From the human T2T-CHM13v2.0 reference genome, Homo sapiens, in assembly GCF_009914755.1 (NCBI RefSeq), contig NC_060937.1: a DNA stretch of 64,000 nt. One strand, written 5' to 3'. Both the position numbers and the translations under genes were made by a program. This document shows positions 43,017 through 56,582 of this stretch, piece after piece. The notes under the pieces were generated by a model. That model worked only from the letters and a program-made list of their open reading frames with translations, was not told the DNA's origin and made no database searches. Positions within the stretch are counted from its first letter, which is position 1; each line of letters opens with the position of its first letter.

Positions 43017-43049
43017 CAGCGGCGGCGGCGGCAGCAGCAGCAGCAGCAG
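42903..43049. repeat. Compound trinucleotide repeat (CAG)6...(TAG)20 CAG (CGG)4 (CAG)6
   Basis: 49 in-register triplets counted by hand. Confidence 0.97.
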
Positions 43050-43819
43050 TATTCAGTCAGTCAACAACGAGAGTAGTTATCATGTAGCAACAATAGGTGC
43101 CAGAGGAACTCTACCCAGGGAAATAACATAAACTATTATACAAGTCACAGGTAAAAGTCTCCCACTTTCCAGACAAAGGAACGCAGCCAGGAGGGCTCAG
43201 AGGAGGCAGTGGGGAGAACTGAGATGCCACCCAGTCCTCGCACAGCCGCCTCCCTCTCCTAGCACCTGCTGCAGCTGCTCTACTTCAAGAGTGAAGCTGA
43301 AGCTGGGTCTCTGCCACTTGAACACCAGGAACCCTTCTGAGTGTGAATATCAATTATGTAACGATCTCAAAGGATCAATGAGTCCATCAAATAAATTAAT
43401 GGCTTCTATAATTTTTTTTAAACTACCCAATCTCTCAACCTTGGGTAGTCTTTCAGGGTTAATAGAAGTCCCCCTACCAAATCTGTGTTCCAAAATAATA
43501 TTATCTATAAATTTTAAAAATCTTTCTTTGTAAAGTTACAACAGAAAAAACCCAGTAAGAAAAAACTCTCACTTACCTATAGAGTCGAAATTATAGTAAA
43601 GTAAAAACTTAGGAATGTCCTACAAATCAAAGAAAGGATGAAGCCACAAGCACAAAACAGACTAACTGAGCCTTAGTAAAGGACAGCCCAACCAACAACT
43701 CAGAAACCTTTTTGAGATGGTTCAGGAAGTTCTAAATAGTCCAGTTCTTCCTCAAATCCCCATCGCCATTAAGCCATCAGAATGTCTGGGCATTAATAAG
43801 AGAAATGCTATTCTATTTG

Positions 43820-43979
43820 TTATTGTTGTTGTTTGAGACAGGGTCTTGCTCTGTAGTCCAGGCTGAGTGCAGGGGCTCGATCATGGCTCACTGCAGTCTT
43901 GACCTCCTGGAGTCAAGGATCTTCCTGCCTAAGCCCCTCAAGTAGCAGGAACTAGAGGTGTGAGCCACTGTGTTCAGCC
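43820..43979 (-). mobile_element. Alu monomer (FLAM/FRAM-like)
   Basis: Single arm with (TTG)n tail. Confidence 0.8.
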
Positions 43980-44039
43980 TACCCTATTTGTTGGGTCAAA
44001 ATACCCTGGTATTCTGTAAGGAATGAGAAATGAACTTTA

Positions 44040-44255
44040 AGATATTTATTTGACAAACACTGTAAGTGCTGGCTATGGCCCATGCCTGTTCAAGCCCTAC
44101 AAAGATTGTTTATTTAATCTTCATAACTCTATGTAATACTGTTATCCTCATTTGACAGATGAGGAAACTGATGCCCAGAGACGTTAAATACTTGCAGAAC
44201 GTTATACAGAGAGCAGGGGCAATATGGATCCAGTGTACACACGCTTAACCATGAT
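44040..44255 (-). mobile_element. MIR
   Basis: atttaatcttcataac...cagatgaggaaactga. Confidence 0.8.
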
Positions 44256-44794
44256 ACTATGTTCAAACTGCTAAAAGGCACAATACCAATCACCAGTCAG
44301 CAATTAAAGACAGCAGCATCTGGCTTTAACCCTATCATGGAAGTGAAGAGGTAAAAAGGTCTTTAGATGGCCTTTAGCCTTTAAGTGCCTTGTGCAAAGC
44401 AGGTATTCATTTGATGGTAACTACTGTATTGTTGCTGTTCTCATTCCAACCTGAAGAAATTAATTTTAGTCTTAAACTCAGGGCTTTTGCTGTGTAATCT
44501 AAAATGACAATTCCACCAACCGTGTTGCTATCACACATTACAAAGCGCTTCAGCAACTTAGCATCAACCATTCTTCCCTCTCTGTGGCTTGATTATGACA
44601 GCTGCCTTCAAATATTCATTTTGAACCCCACATGTTCATGTCATGAGCCAGGCCTTCTTCTTGAAGTTTTTCTATATTTTTCAAAATGGTTAGCAATGAC
44701 TATATTTTTGTTTTATGATCAAGGAAAACACTTTTAATTTGCTCTGAGTTTCCAAGTAGCCAGGACAAAAAGGAAAACATGATCAGTTCCATAA

Positions 44795-45301
<507 letters not shown>

Positions 45302-47365
45302 TGAAATCCAAGATTGAGAACAGCAATTCTGAGAGCAAGGCAGTCATCTGAGTCCACCGCCTTCCAGCTGGCCCACCTTATGAAAGAAGCAAACCCTGAG
45401 GGCGTGGAGGAGAGAAGAAACTGCTGTCAGCTTTCCCATCACACAACTTCTCAGGCAGTGCTGGCGCTCTCCCCTGCTCACTTAGGACAAACCAACACTT
45501 TTGGAATCTGACTGTCAAGGAGAGTCACATGGCACCGCGTTTAACCTCAGATCCCAAGCCTCCAAATGGGATGTGGTTTCTCCAAAGGGCTCATGAGACT
45601 GATGTGTGAGGACATGAGGATGACATCCGGTTGGTGTGGCCACTAGAGGAAATGCCATTTTACCAGGACAGGAAGTAGGTGGCCACATTTTCCTTTCCAA
45701 CATTTCAAACAACAAGGTGTATGTCCGACCCCCGATTCAACTTTCACAAACCTGCACTGAGCTCCTACCATCTACTAACCTTGAGTTCCTTCACACACCA
45801 GCTTGTTTAACCCACAACAAACATATCTATGAACACGTATGAAAGGTATAGAGTTTCACTGTTAAAAATGTTGTAAACCCTGTGGGGAAGAGGAAGGCTT
45901 CAGAAGCAGGATGGAATGAATGCTTCTGTAATGGGGTTCAGGTCTCAAATTTTAATATGTACACAAATTTATTATACAGCTCGGGTACTCAAAACCATGA
46001 AAACCTCACAGGAAATTTAAGAAATGTTCCAAGGGCAATTTGTGACTCAAAGGAAAGCTAACTTTAAATGCAAAACTCCATCTTCCTCTTCCACCCATAA
46101 GATGGACTTCCATCACACTCTGATTAGTGGAAGGAGTGACTCTCTCTGTAGAGGGAACTGCTACCCATGCCCAAGACCCAGTTTAAATACCATCTTCCCC
46201 AAGAACCCCTCCAGCCAGAATGAATTGGCTCCTTCTCAGTTAACCCTCTGAGCCTACTTTTTACCTCTATTATGGAGCTTTTCAGAGTTTACCTTTTATT
46301 AAGTTTGCCCCGGTAGAAGAACCCTTTAGTGAGACTGTTAATTCACTGAGGGCAGGGACTGTATCTTAACCACCTTTGAGTGGCCTTAGGGACTAAAAGC
46401 ACTCACGATGTATTTGCTGAACTGAATGCTGATAGCAGGTTTGTCATCTTTGGCCCTAAAGTGAAATGGTGTATTTGTAAAAATATGCAAACATTTTCAT
46501 TTGTTAAGGGCCCAAATTAAGGCAGAAGCTTTCAATTGCTTGAAAATAAAAACCCAACAATAGTTTATTCATAAATCAAAACCCAACAATTTTCACTACT
46601 ACTAAAAATAAAAATGTTCCTTTCTCCCGGGTAAGAAAATTTTATTCTGCAAAATTTGCTAGACGTTTTTTGAGACGAAGTGTATTTGAAAACAGTAAAT
46701 GTACAAATAAACGTGTTTTTAGCAATAAATCTATATAAATTTTGAAACTGTAGATACTGTAGCTAACCATAGCTAATAACCATCTGAGGAATAACAATAC
46801 GAGGAATAAATCAATTATCTCAACCTAACAGAAGTTATTTACTGTCTTTATTAGGGGTTCTTGGCATATCAGAAGGATACTTATAACAAAGGCAAAAGAA
46901 AAATATGTATACACACACATATGTACACCTATATTACTTATATACATGTACTTGTGTATACTCCAAAGTTATCATTCCTTTTCTCTTGTTCTGGGGAAGT
47001 AGAAACAATAAGTAGAAATTAAGAAAAAATGCAAAAGAAAACAAATGACTAAAGATTTTCCGCAGTATACTGTTGCTGGTCAGCTTGCTGGCCAAAGAAA
47101 AGGGGCCCGAAAATGATCTGCCTTCTGAGAAAGACAAAAGCATGGAAGACAGCAAGACAGGCAGCAAAACAGAGAGCAGAACGGCACTGCAGACAACTGA
47201 TTCAGGGAGTGAGGCAGGAAAGAGCCAGCGAGGGAGGAGAGAAAGCTACATACAGCAAGAGAAGATGTGGTGGCAGCCAGTGGTGGGAGGGGGAGACAGT
47301 TTCTCGACCACAACCCTTAGGGCCTCTTAGAAGAGTTAATATAGGAAAAGATACTTCTGATATAA

Positions 47366-47728
<363 letters not shown>

Positions 47729-49094
47729 TAGTCACAGAAATGTAATCCACATTATCACCTAGTCTAGTGTCTCTTAGCCCAGAATCCAAGGCTGAATGTT
47801 AGGGAAGGTGGTCCACAAACCCTCTAAAATTACATATGAAATTGTATGTCTGTGAGTTTCCTAAAGAAAGGCCAAGGGAGTTCACCTAGTTCTCAGAAAA
47901 GGGACCATTGGAAGGTCCTTCACTCATAGAACAAGGAGACCGAGGCCTGGAGTGAGGAGCTAGAGAGCCAACCAAAGTTCTGTGGTACAAATCTCTTCCC
48001 ATGGGCAGGTTCACATTCTATTTAAGGAGGGGTAACAACAGGAATTTAAACATCAGGCATGAGGTAAACAAACAACCAGTGGATGCCAATCAGCAGTGTC
48101 AACATGTGCACAGTCTACTCATTTGTTGACACAAGTCAGTAAATGGATCATTTGAAGCCTAATGCCAGTTGGACAACTCGAATTCAATAGCTGTATCTCC
48201 AAAACAGGGCAAATAACATAACCAATAAAAACTGTTTTCTAAGAACTTTAAAGGACATTGAGAAAATGCTCACACTATCACACACACAAGACTAAAAAAA
48301 ATACAACAGAATGTAACTACTGATTACCTCTGGTACATGGTACTATTAGTGATTCTTTTTCTCTCTAAAGTCTTCTATATTCTGCAAGTTTTCTGCAAAA
48401 GCTTTCATCACTTCTTTAGTCAGAAATCAGTGAGCTGGATTATGAGATAATGGTATAGAGGAAGCTCATGCTGGGGTTCTAGCCACTCACTATGCCCCAC
48501 AACAGCTGTGTGACATTAGAAAAAGTCACTTCACCTCTCTGGGCCCCACAGACTTTACCTGTAAAATGAAGGACTTACACCAAAAAAATCTTTCCAGCTC
48601 TATATATCTATAATATTAAGTATGAGAACTTTCCTTATTGATAATATCTGGGGAAAAACAAACCACTCAATGGAATGCACTGACCTACTATATACAAAAG
48701 AAAAACACAAAGACAAAAAAGTGGGTATCTTTCTAAACATGTCAGATTCTCATTTCCAACAGAGCAGGGGCTGAGCCAAGGAGCCAGCAGACAACAAGAA
48801 CATAACAGAACTATAACGTGCTATCAGTGAAGAAGACTATGGGGGCAGGGGGGTGGGCAGTTGGGGGGGTGGGGCCTGCGCTCTCAGCTCTGGGAAAACC
48901 CACAGCACTGGCACAGCAGGGGGCAGTCCCTAAAGAAACCTCTGTTTCCAGATGAGGAAGCTAAGATGGGAGAGTCAGGCTGACGAAGGACACATCCCAC
49001 TGTTTAGAGAAGGCTCTGTCTGCAGCCATGGAAGGTTTAAGAAGCTTCTCATTAAAGACAGCCCCACCCCCACCTGTAACATCCTCCCCCATTT

Positions 49095-49290
49095 CCCGGC
49101 CTTCATTTTTCCATAGGCTCTATCACCATCTGGCATCCTATTCTACTTTTCTTATTTAATGTCTGTCTAACCTTCCCTACCCGCAGGTAGAAAGCTCCAC
49201 GAGGGCAGCATTTTTGCCTGTTTTGTTCATTGCTGTGTTCCCAGGTCCTAAAACACTACAGGTGCTGAGAAAATATACATTGAATGAATT
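49095..49290 (+). mobile_element. L2 3' end
   Basis: aagctccacgagggcag...tgttcattgctgtgttcccagg...ttgaatgaat. Confidence 0.8.
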
Positions 49291-50824
49291 TACTGAAGGC
49301 TCAGGATCCTCTCAGTTTGGAAATGGGGCTGTTAAGCTCTGGACACCAACGGTTTTTCTGTAAACTATCAATTTATTTTGATCGTGATAACAATAATTCA
49401 GTTAGCTAATGTCAATAATTTATTTTAGAGATGGAAACTTACAAAGCCAAGAGAAACATAATGTGCCTGGGATTTTTCTCAGGAAACTAAACTCCTGGTA
49501 TGGGTTACCAAAACCTGGCCTCAATCTTGTTTCGCGTGATCTGTAACTGTTTTATCTCCCTTCCTCAGCTTTGAGCGCTGGGTGAGGAGGGCAGGGGGCT
49601 ATCCCCCTACCCCACCCCACGCCCGGCACAGTATTGTGTACACAGTAGGCAATCCATAAATGCTTGCTTCTAGAATAAATGATGAAGGTGCCTCACTTTG
49701 GTATGATTTATCACAGGAGTTCACAAGCTAGAATTTTCTCACTTTCCTCACTACATCACAAATGCTGAGGTTAAGGGCCAGAGAATGTATTCTTCGTGAA
49801 AAACATGATCAAAACTTTTTAAAAAGCGCTCAAGTTTTCCTTTCTAAATAAAATGCATCATTCAAGTATAACTAAAAGACAAATGTTCTTTTGTTCACTT
49901 CTCCCTGTCCAGCTCCCAAAGCAACCTAGAGGAAAACACAAATTGCCGCCCTTCAAGTTCATTGGTTTTGTAGACCTTATATTTGTATGTTAAACTTACT
50001 TAAAGCAAGTTCCTTCAGTGCTTACAAGGTGCAAAGCTGGTGGACCATCTCAATTTATAGGTGATGGAGATGGACCAAGCTGGCAGGAGTCGCAGTGTCA
50101 CAGTTCACAGCAATTAGCTATCTAGCATCGGGGGTGGAGGGGACAGGCCGCTAGGCCAACTCTAGACTCGTACTTCTGCAAAAAGGAACACACTCTCAGG
50201 TTACAAGGGTAAAGTCCACCAGAAACTTTACAAAGGGAATTGTAGCATTTCCCTTAGCACTTCTGGCTGAATTTAGTGTGCATTTAGAAGACAATGACCG
50301 TGTATAGTAATAACAGCTCCCCAACAATCATCTGGAAGTCCCCTCTTCTAAAAAGCAATAGGTTATATCCCTTCCATAAAATAATATCATCAGCAGCAAA
50401 GATGATGTATCCCTTTCTCATCCTGCTGCCTAGAGGAGGGCCTTCTATTTCCTCCAAGCTCATTGTAACTGATTTCCTATATGAACTTAAGAGACCGCCA
50501 AGAAATAGAAAACACTGCCAGATAGTTTTAGGGGCTCACACGTTGTTATTCCTGGGCCACACGTCCTAAGAAGTCAAACTTTTCCCCCTGGGTGCTTGTA
50601 AAATATGTAAGTAAACTAAATTAAACTTATTCACAGGTAGATATGCTACAAATAAAGGTGACTAGAGTTGGAGATATAAACATGGCAGGTGAGGAGGGTG
50701 AATGCTAAGGAAGGCCATCAAAGCCTCCCTTCTCTCTGCTGTCAAATCAAAGCACACATCATATAACTTAGAAGTAATCTTAGACTGTTCAGCAGCTTTA
50801 TTAAAAGACCAAAGGTCACTGCAG

Positions 50825-50873
50825 CACCATCACCATCTTCACCACCACCACCGCCACCACCACCACCACCATC
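50825..50873. repeat. Imperfect (CAC)n repeat
   Basis: caccatcaccatcttcaccaccaccaccgccaccaccaccaccaccatc. Confidence 0.92.
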
Positions 50874-50894
50874 AATGGGTTTCTGTTACATTTC

Positions 50895-51078
50895 CAAATA
50901 ACTTTCAAATTGCTTAAAGATTTGATTTTAAATGTTCTCATCACAAAAAAATTGATTAAAGTGTCAGGTGATAAATATTAGCTTGATATAATCATTCCAC
51001 AATGTAAACACGTATCAAAACATCACATTGTATCCCATAAATATATACATTTATTTGTCAACATAAAATTTTAAAAAG
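50895..51078 (+). mobile_element. L1MA/MB-type 3' end
   Basis: ttttaaatgttctcatcacaaaa...gtatcaaaacatcacattgta...ttatttgtca. Confidence 0.8.
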
Positions 51079-51964
51079 AATTATACATGTAACACAACGG
51101 GTTTCATCTTCCCCTCCTGAACAAAGAAAAAACTCTTCTAAGAAAAGTGTGGTTAAAAAAGACAGCGAGACGTTTAATCAAACTCTGAAAACTTGAACAT
51201 TGGTGGATATGAACATTCCACTGGCCCATCTACAAAGAGCTAGGTCTTAAGCCCTTCTGTCGTTTCAAAAACAGGAGGTTAAATACAAAACAAGTGAGGT
51301 TTACGATGTTACATAAGCATTTAAGAACTCTCCAGACACGCTCTTCCATTTAGGCTTTGCCAAGACCTAAAGCTAGAAGTCAATACTTTTTTATTATAAC
51401 TGCCACAGGTGAGCAAGAAAAACATTTAAGGGACCCCTGCACACACACTTGACATACATCCTTATTCAATTCAGTTCAATTTAACCCTCGATGCTCTTAT
51501 GAATTAAATAGCTTATCAAAAGTTCACATAGTTACTATGCTTTGGAGTTATGTTCCAAAATTAACATAACTGGTAAATAATAGATCCAAATATTTTTAAG
51601 TTTTGTTTCAAACATAATTTTGTCTCCTTTTTGAGCATATATCTCCTTTGGGAGAGCCACAAAAAATATTGGAGAGTTGTCCAAGGCCTGAAAGTATTAA
51701 AAGATAACAGCATATAAAATTTTTTTTAATTTAAAAAATAAAAACATTAAAAAAATTTAATGTTAACAGTAGTGTGTCAGAAATGTGAAACAAATGGCTT
51801 TTATTTTCCCTTCTTTCTACTTATCTGTATATTTAAAATTTTCCTTTAAAAGTATCAATTACTTTAGGCACTTTAAAAAAAATTTTTAAGTTATTTATTA
51901 CCACTTGGGAAGTATTTTAAAATAATGTCCAGGAAAGTAGCAAATGCTTACAGGGTGCCTCCTT

Positions 51965-52192
51965 CAGAGCTGGGACCAGAGGCAGGTGAGCGAGGTATTC
52001 ATTTCAGGAACAAAATATACAAGAGCACTAAAAACTCAGTAACTGAGATACTATTTTAATGAAATACTTAAATTTAAAAATAATACCTTCCAAAAGCCAT
52101 GATAAACAGTCAAAACTTGAAATAAAGATAGGAACAGTATTCCAAGTTATTTTCTTTTGCCTCAAGTTCCAGTGGTACTGGGATAAGCACTG
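51965..52192. mobile_element. MER63-like hAT element
   Basis: aaaaactcagtaa...ccatgat...aaataaagatagga...cttttgcctca...gcactg. Confidence 0.6.
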
Positions 52193-53083
52193 TATCTGGT
52201 CCTCCGTCCACCCTGAGACAGGTCTCTTATTTTACAAAGGAGGACAGCGAGACACAGAAGTTAAAGAACCGGTTCAAGGTCAGAGCTGTCACGTGGCAGA
52301 ACTACTTTAAACAGATTCTTTAGAGGTAATTTTTACATTCCTTGACCAGACAGACAAAATCAACACCCATTTTTAAAGGTACAAGTGACCAGATCTTCAA
52401 ATACCATCCACTGTTACTATAAAGACTTAAAACTGAAGCTCAACGTTCTTCTTCTTTAGAAGATAAGTAATACAGGGCAATCTGGGCAGAGGACCCAAAC
52501 CCTACTGTATTGAAACCTTTTTTATTTTATTTTCTTGTGCACACATAAATGAAGCTCCTCATGGTTGAAAAGTATTGAACAGAGGGAGGAAAAGAGGAAA
52601 TGCAGATGCAAGAGCAGGGATTCCTCCTCCCACATTAATTCCCCCGTGAAAGAAGTGGGGAAGGAATCTGGAGATCTCGCTCCCAGGGTAGGACGGCATC
52701 CCCATGTGCTGAACGGCAACCACTGGCCCGGGGCCACCCTTCAGCCACTGTCTTCAGGGCTGACACACCCTGGCCCTTCCTCACCACTCCCTGCCTCAAA
52801 CCTTTGCAGTAAGAACACTGTGTTGCCTCCTGAAGCCTCACCTCATGTCTCCAGAAATGCTGTCAATCTGCAATGTTCGCCCACCTCTTCCTGATCTTAA
52901 CCTGTCAAATGCCTACTCACCTTGGAAGGTTCTCCTCTTTCATGAGACCCTCCAGAATATTCCATCCCAAAGAATATTTTCCTCCTTGGTACTCCAGCAA
53001 AAGTGAGGTGAAGCCAAGACCCCTGTCTTGTAAGGGTTGCCAAACCTAGTTCTGCCTCAAGTCATTTTGGGAGCTTGAAAATT

Positions 53084-53090
53084 AATAATA

Positions 53091-53158
<68 letters not shown>
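53084..53158. repeat. (AAT)3(GAT)11(AAT)11 inside a MER5-type element (~53035-53260)
   Basis: Counted by hand; flanks gggagcttgaaaa / aatacagattcc...cccaga...tgaatc. Confidence 0.92.
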
Positions 53159-53160
<2 letters not shown>

Positions 53161-54852
53161 AGATTCCAGGACCTCACCCAGAACTTCTGAATCGGAATCC
53201 TGAACTGAGCCTCAAGGATCTGAATTTTGCACAACTTCCCAGGTGAGACCTATGCTGCAGGCTTTTACCCACCCATGTTTCGGAATCACTGATCTTAATA
53301 TAACTTAAGATACAGGAAGAACACCCACAATGTTTAAACACAGATCCAAGACAAGGAAACACGAATGGGTTCCCAGAAATATCTCTGCACAGATATGACA
53401 CATATGAGGGTATTTGGCTGAAAGTGAGAGGTGGAGTGGGGTAGAGATTGAAGCCAAAAGTTTACCATCCTCCACAGGACAGAACACACACCTTAGCCTT
53501 ATTCCAAATGCCATGGTAGACGTTGACTCATTAATGACTGATCATTTTCTATTTAACTGACTTTTTTAGAAAAAAGAAAATTTTATATAGGGTTCATGCT
53601 ATACAAAGTCTTAGAATCACCATTCCCCCTCTTCCCCCACTCCTCCTTCCATGCTCAAGTAAAATGCCTTTCAATTTCAAACCAATAAGAAAGGGTCTAC
53701 AGAGCAGTACAATATTCACACATCTTTCAAATATTTGTAATTGTGTGATCACATATTGAAACACTTGCTTAGCAGTATACTTTCCCAGAACAAAACCAAC
53801 CCTAGTGTTCTGCTGCCTACAATTCAGTCACAAAAGCCTTAGTTGCTCACAGCCTCAGTTACAAGCTCTTGAAATTCAAGTTCAAATGTGTGACCATCAT
53901 AGGATGGTAACTAAAAGCAATGAACCAATCTGTTTAGAGAAGAGTAAAGGCATTTCTAAGGTTTTCCTTTCTCTCCACCATAAGAGGAAAAAAATGCAGA
54001 AGTCACGTCTTCCGTATGCATTCTTCACAATTCACTGCAATGAAAATAATGCCCCATCCAGTGTTACAGACTTAATGTACTATTATTTTCCTTTTAAACA
54101 GAATCTGTTACTCAGACACTGTATTGATATAACTTTCATGAGCTTGTCTATTCCCTGGTATAAGACTTGAAGAAAAGACGGTAAAATAAAAAATCTTAAG
54201 CAAGTTTTGTTTGGCAGCATTTTACAATTGAGAGTATGTTAAATAACATGTTCCCCAACAACTCATTTTGAAATAACTGCAGCACATACTACTACAGCTT
54301 ATAGCTCTTCATTAATTTGGGGAAAAACATGAGACTTCTAGATTAATTGCAAGAGACTTAAGGCGACCACAAGTGCTGGGGGATTTGCTCCCCAAGGCTG
54401 GTGTGCCACCTCCATGTTTCCACTTATCTCAGGGACACACATCCACAAAAATGAGGACAGACAATCCCATGGTCAAGTTCTTTTCAGCCCAAACTCTGCA
54501 ATTCAGCAATACATATGAGCACCCCAGTTAATGGGCTCACTTTATCCTTCTACTATACTAATTTTGTCATACTGTATGCAACCCAGCACTTATCACAAAA
54601 GAGAACACCTTAGGACTCTCACTAAAGTAGTCAAAAGAACCAAAAGGAATGCGGAATGCTCTCCTGTATTTACTCATTAATCCATTCATTAATGGATGGA
54701 TTCATGCATTAAATTCCTTCCTTGCTAATCACTCAGCAAGCATTTCTTAACCACAGAGCGCTGCACAAGGTTTGGGAAATAAGGAACACACAATCTAGTT
54801 CAAGAGTACGATGTCTGAAAGCGGACTAAAAGGGATGCAAACAAGTAATTTC

Positions 54853-55144
54853 TTTTTTTTTTTTGAGATGGAGTTTCGCTTTGTTACCCAGGCTGGAGTG
54901 CAGTGGCATGATTTTGGCTCACCACAACCTCCGCCTCCTGGGTTCACGTTGATTCTTTGCCTCAGCCTCCCCAGTAGCTAAGACTATAGGCATGCACCAC
55001 CATGCCCGGCTGATTTTCGTATTTTTAGTAGAGACGTGGTCTCACCATGTTGACCAGGCTGGTCTTGAACTCCTGACCTCGTGATGCTCCTGCCTCGGCC
55101 TCCCAAAGTGCTGGGATTACAGGCGCGAGCCACCGCACTCGGCC
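54853..55144 (-). mobile_element. AluS-type
   Basis: Full dimer; TSD gcaaacaagtaatttc. Confidence 0.92.
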
Positions 55145-55186
55145 GCAAACAAGTAATTTCAATAACAAGTGTGACAGGAGTAGCTA

Positions 55187-55510
55187 GACCTGTGCTGGCC
55201 AATATGGTAGCCACTAGCCACACGGGGCTACTCGAGATTTGCCTAGTTGAACCTGGATGTGCTATACACACTGGGTTTCAAAGACTCTGTGTGACAAAAA
55301 GAATGTAAAATATCTTAAGAGTTTTTTTATTGATTACTTATTGAATAATATTTGAATATACTGGGTTAAATAAAATATATTAGTAAAACTGATTTTATCT
55401 GTTTTTTATGGTTTTTAATATAGCTAGCAGAAAATGTAAAATTATATATAAATATAAATTACATATATACATATATAAAAATATTATATTTTTAGTGGAA
55501 AGTGTTGGAC
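55187..55510. mobile_element. MER33-type hAT element
   Basis: ccaatatggtagccactagccac...tactgggttaaataaaatatatta. Confidence 0.8.
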
Positions 55511-56231
55511 TAGGCAATCCCCAATCCTGTCTCTTCTTCCTAGGCAGTCGACTTTCCAATCTCCTTGGCAGTTAGGCTGAAACTACGTCACTAGGTTCTG
55601 GCCCAAGAAAAAAGTAAAAAAAAATAATAATAAGGTCGCAGAGACCAGGCACAGTCAAGGAACATGCTGCTTGATGATCCTTGCTTTCTCCCCACCTGTG
55701 GGGCCACTGGATGCAGGGAATCTGGAGGAGCCTGAGGCCCTGGCTACACAGGAGCCACAGAGGTAAGAAGCCAGGCTCCTACATCATCACATGGAAGACC
55801 ACCGCATGTACACCTGGTGGGATCGTGTCACACATGAGAAATAAAACTGTACAGTGTGAAGCTACAGCAGTTAGCCTACCCTGCCTAACCAATACAGTGA
55901 AAAAAAAAAAAATGCCACAACAGGAGGGATGGCTGACTACCTGTTGAGGAGTTATCAGGATAAGCTTCAGGAGATGGGGTGCTATTTGAATGGTGTCTAA
56001 AAGGTGGTGGTTCCCAAACTCTTATCATGTCAGGATCATTTAGAGAGCTTGTTAAAACAGCCCACTGGGCCCTCTTCTGACCCTCTCAGAAGACCCAGAT
56101 GGTCTATGTGGGAGTGTCAGCCCCTTAAGGGCACTCCGATCTCCCCCAGGCCCTCCTCGGAGCTACCATGAGCCTCCCCTCCCAGCTTCCCTTCAGTTGG
56201 GTAGGTCTACTCAGTGGGTCTAGAATGCAGC

Positions 56232-56582
56232 TGATATGGTTTGGCTCTGTGTCTAAACCCAAATCTCACCTTAAATTGTAATAATCCTCACGTGTCATGG
56301 GAGAGATCCGGTGGGAAGTAAGTGAATCATGGGGCCAGGTTTTTCCCCTGCTGTTCTCATGAGTAAGTCTCATGAGATCTGATGGTTTAATAAAAGGGAG
56401 TTCCCCAGCACACCCCACTTGCCTGCCGCCACATAAGATGTGCCTTTGCTTTTCCTTCGCCTTCCACCATGATTGTGAGGCTTCTCCAGCCATGTGGAAC
56501 TATGAGTCCATTAAACCTCTTTCCTTTATAAATTACAGTCTCAGGTATGTCTTTATTAGCAGCATGAGAATGGACTAATACA
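56232..56582 (+). mobile_element. THE1 (C/D-like) MaLR solo LTR
   Basis: tgatatggtttggctctgtgtc...ccattaaacctct...gactaataca; TG...CA ends; 5-bp TSD gcagc. Confidence 0.93.

Noticed and set aside
45635-45660. CTCF-like tggccactagagg
   Set aside because: The 3' half (aaatg) lacks the GGCRS core.
50702-50917. Poly-His ORF
   Set aside because: Translation of a (CAC)n microsatellite; no exon signals or homology.
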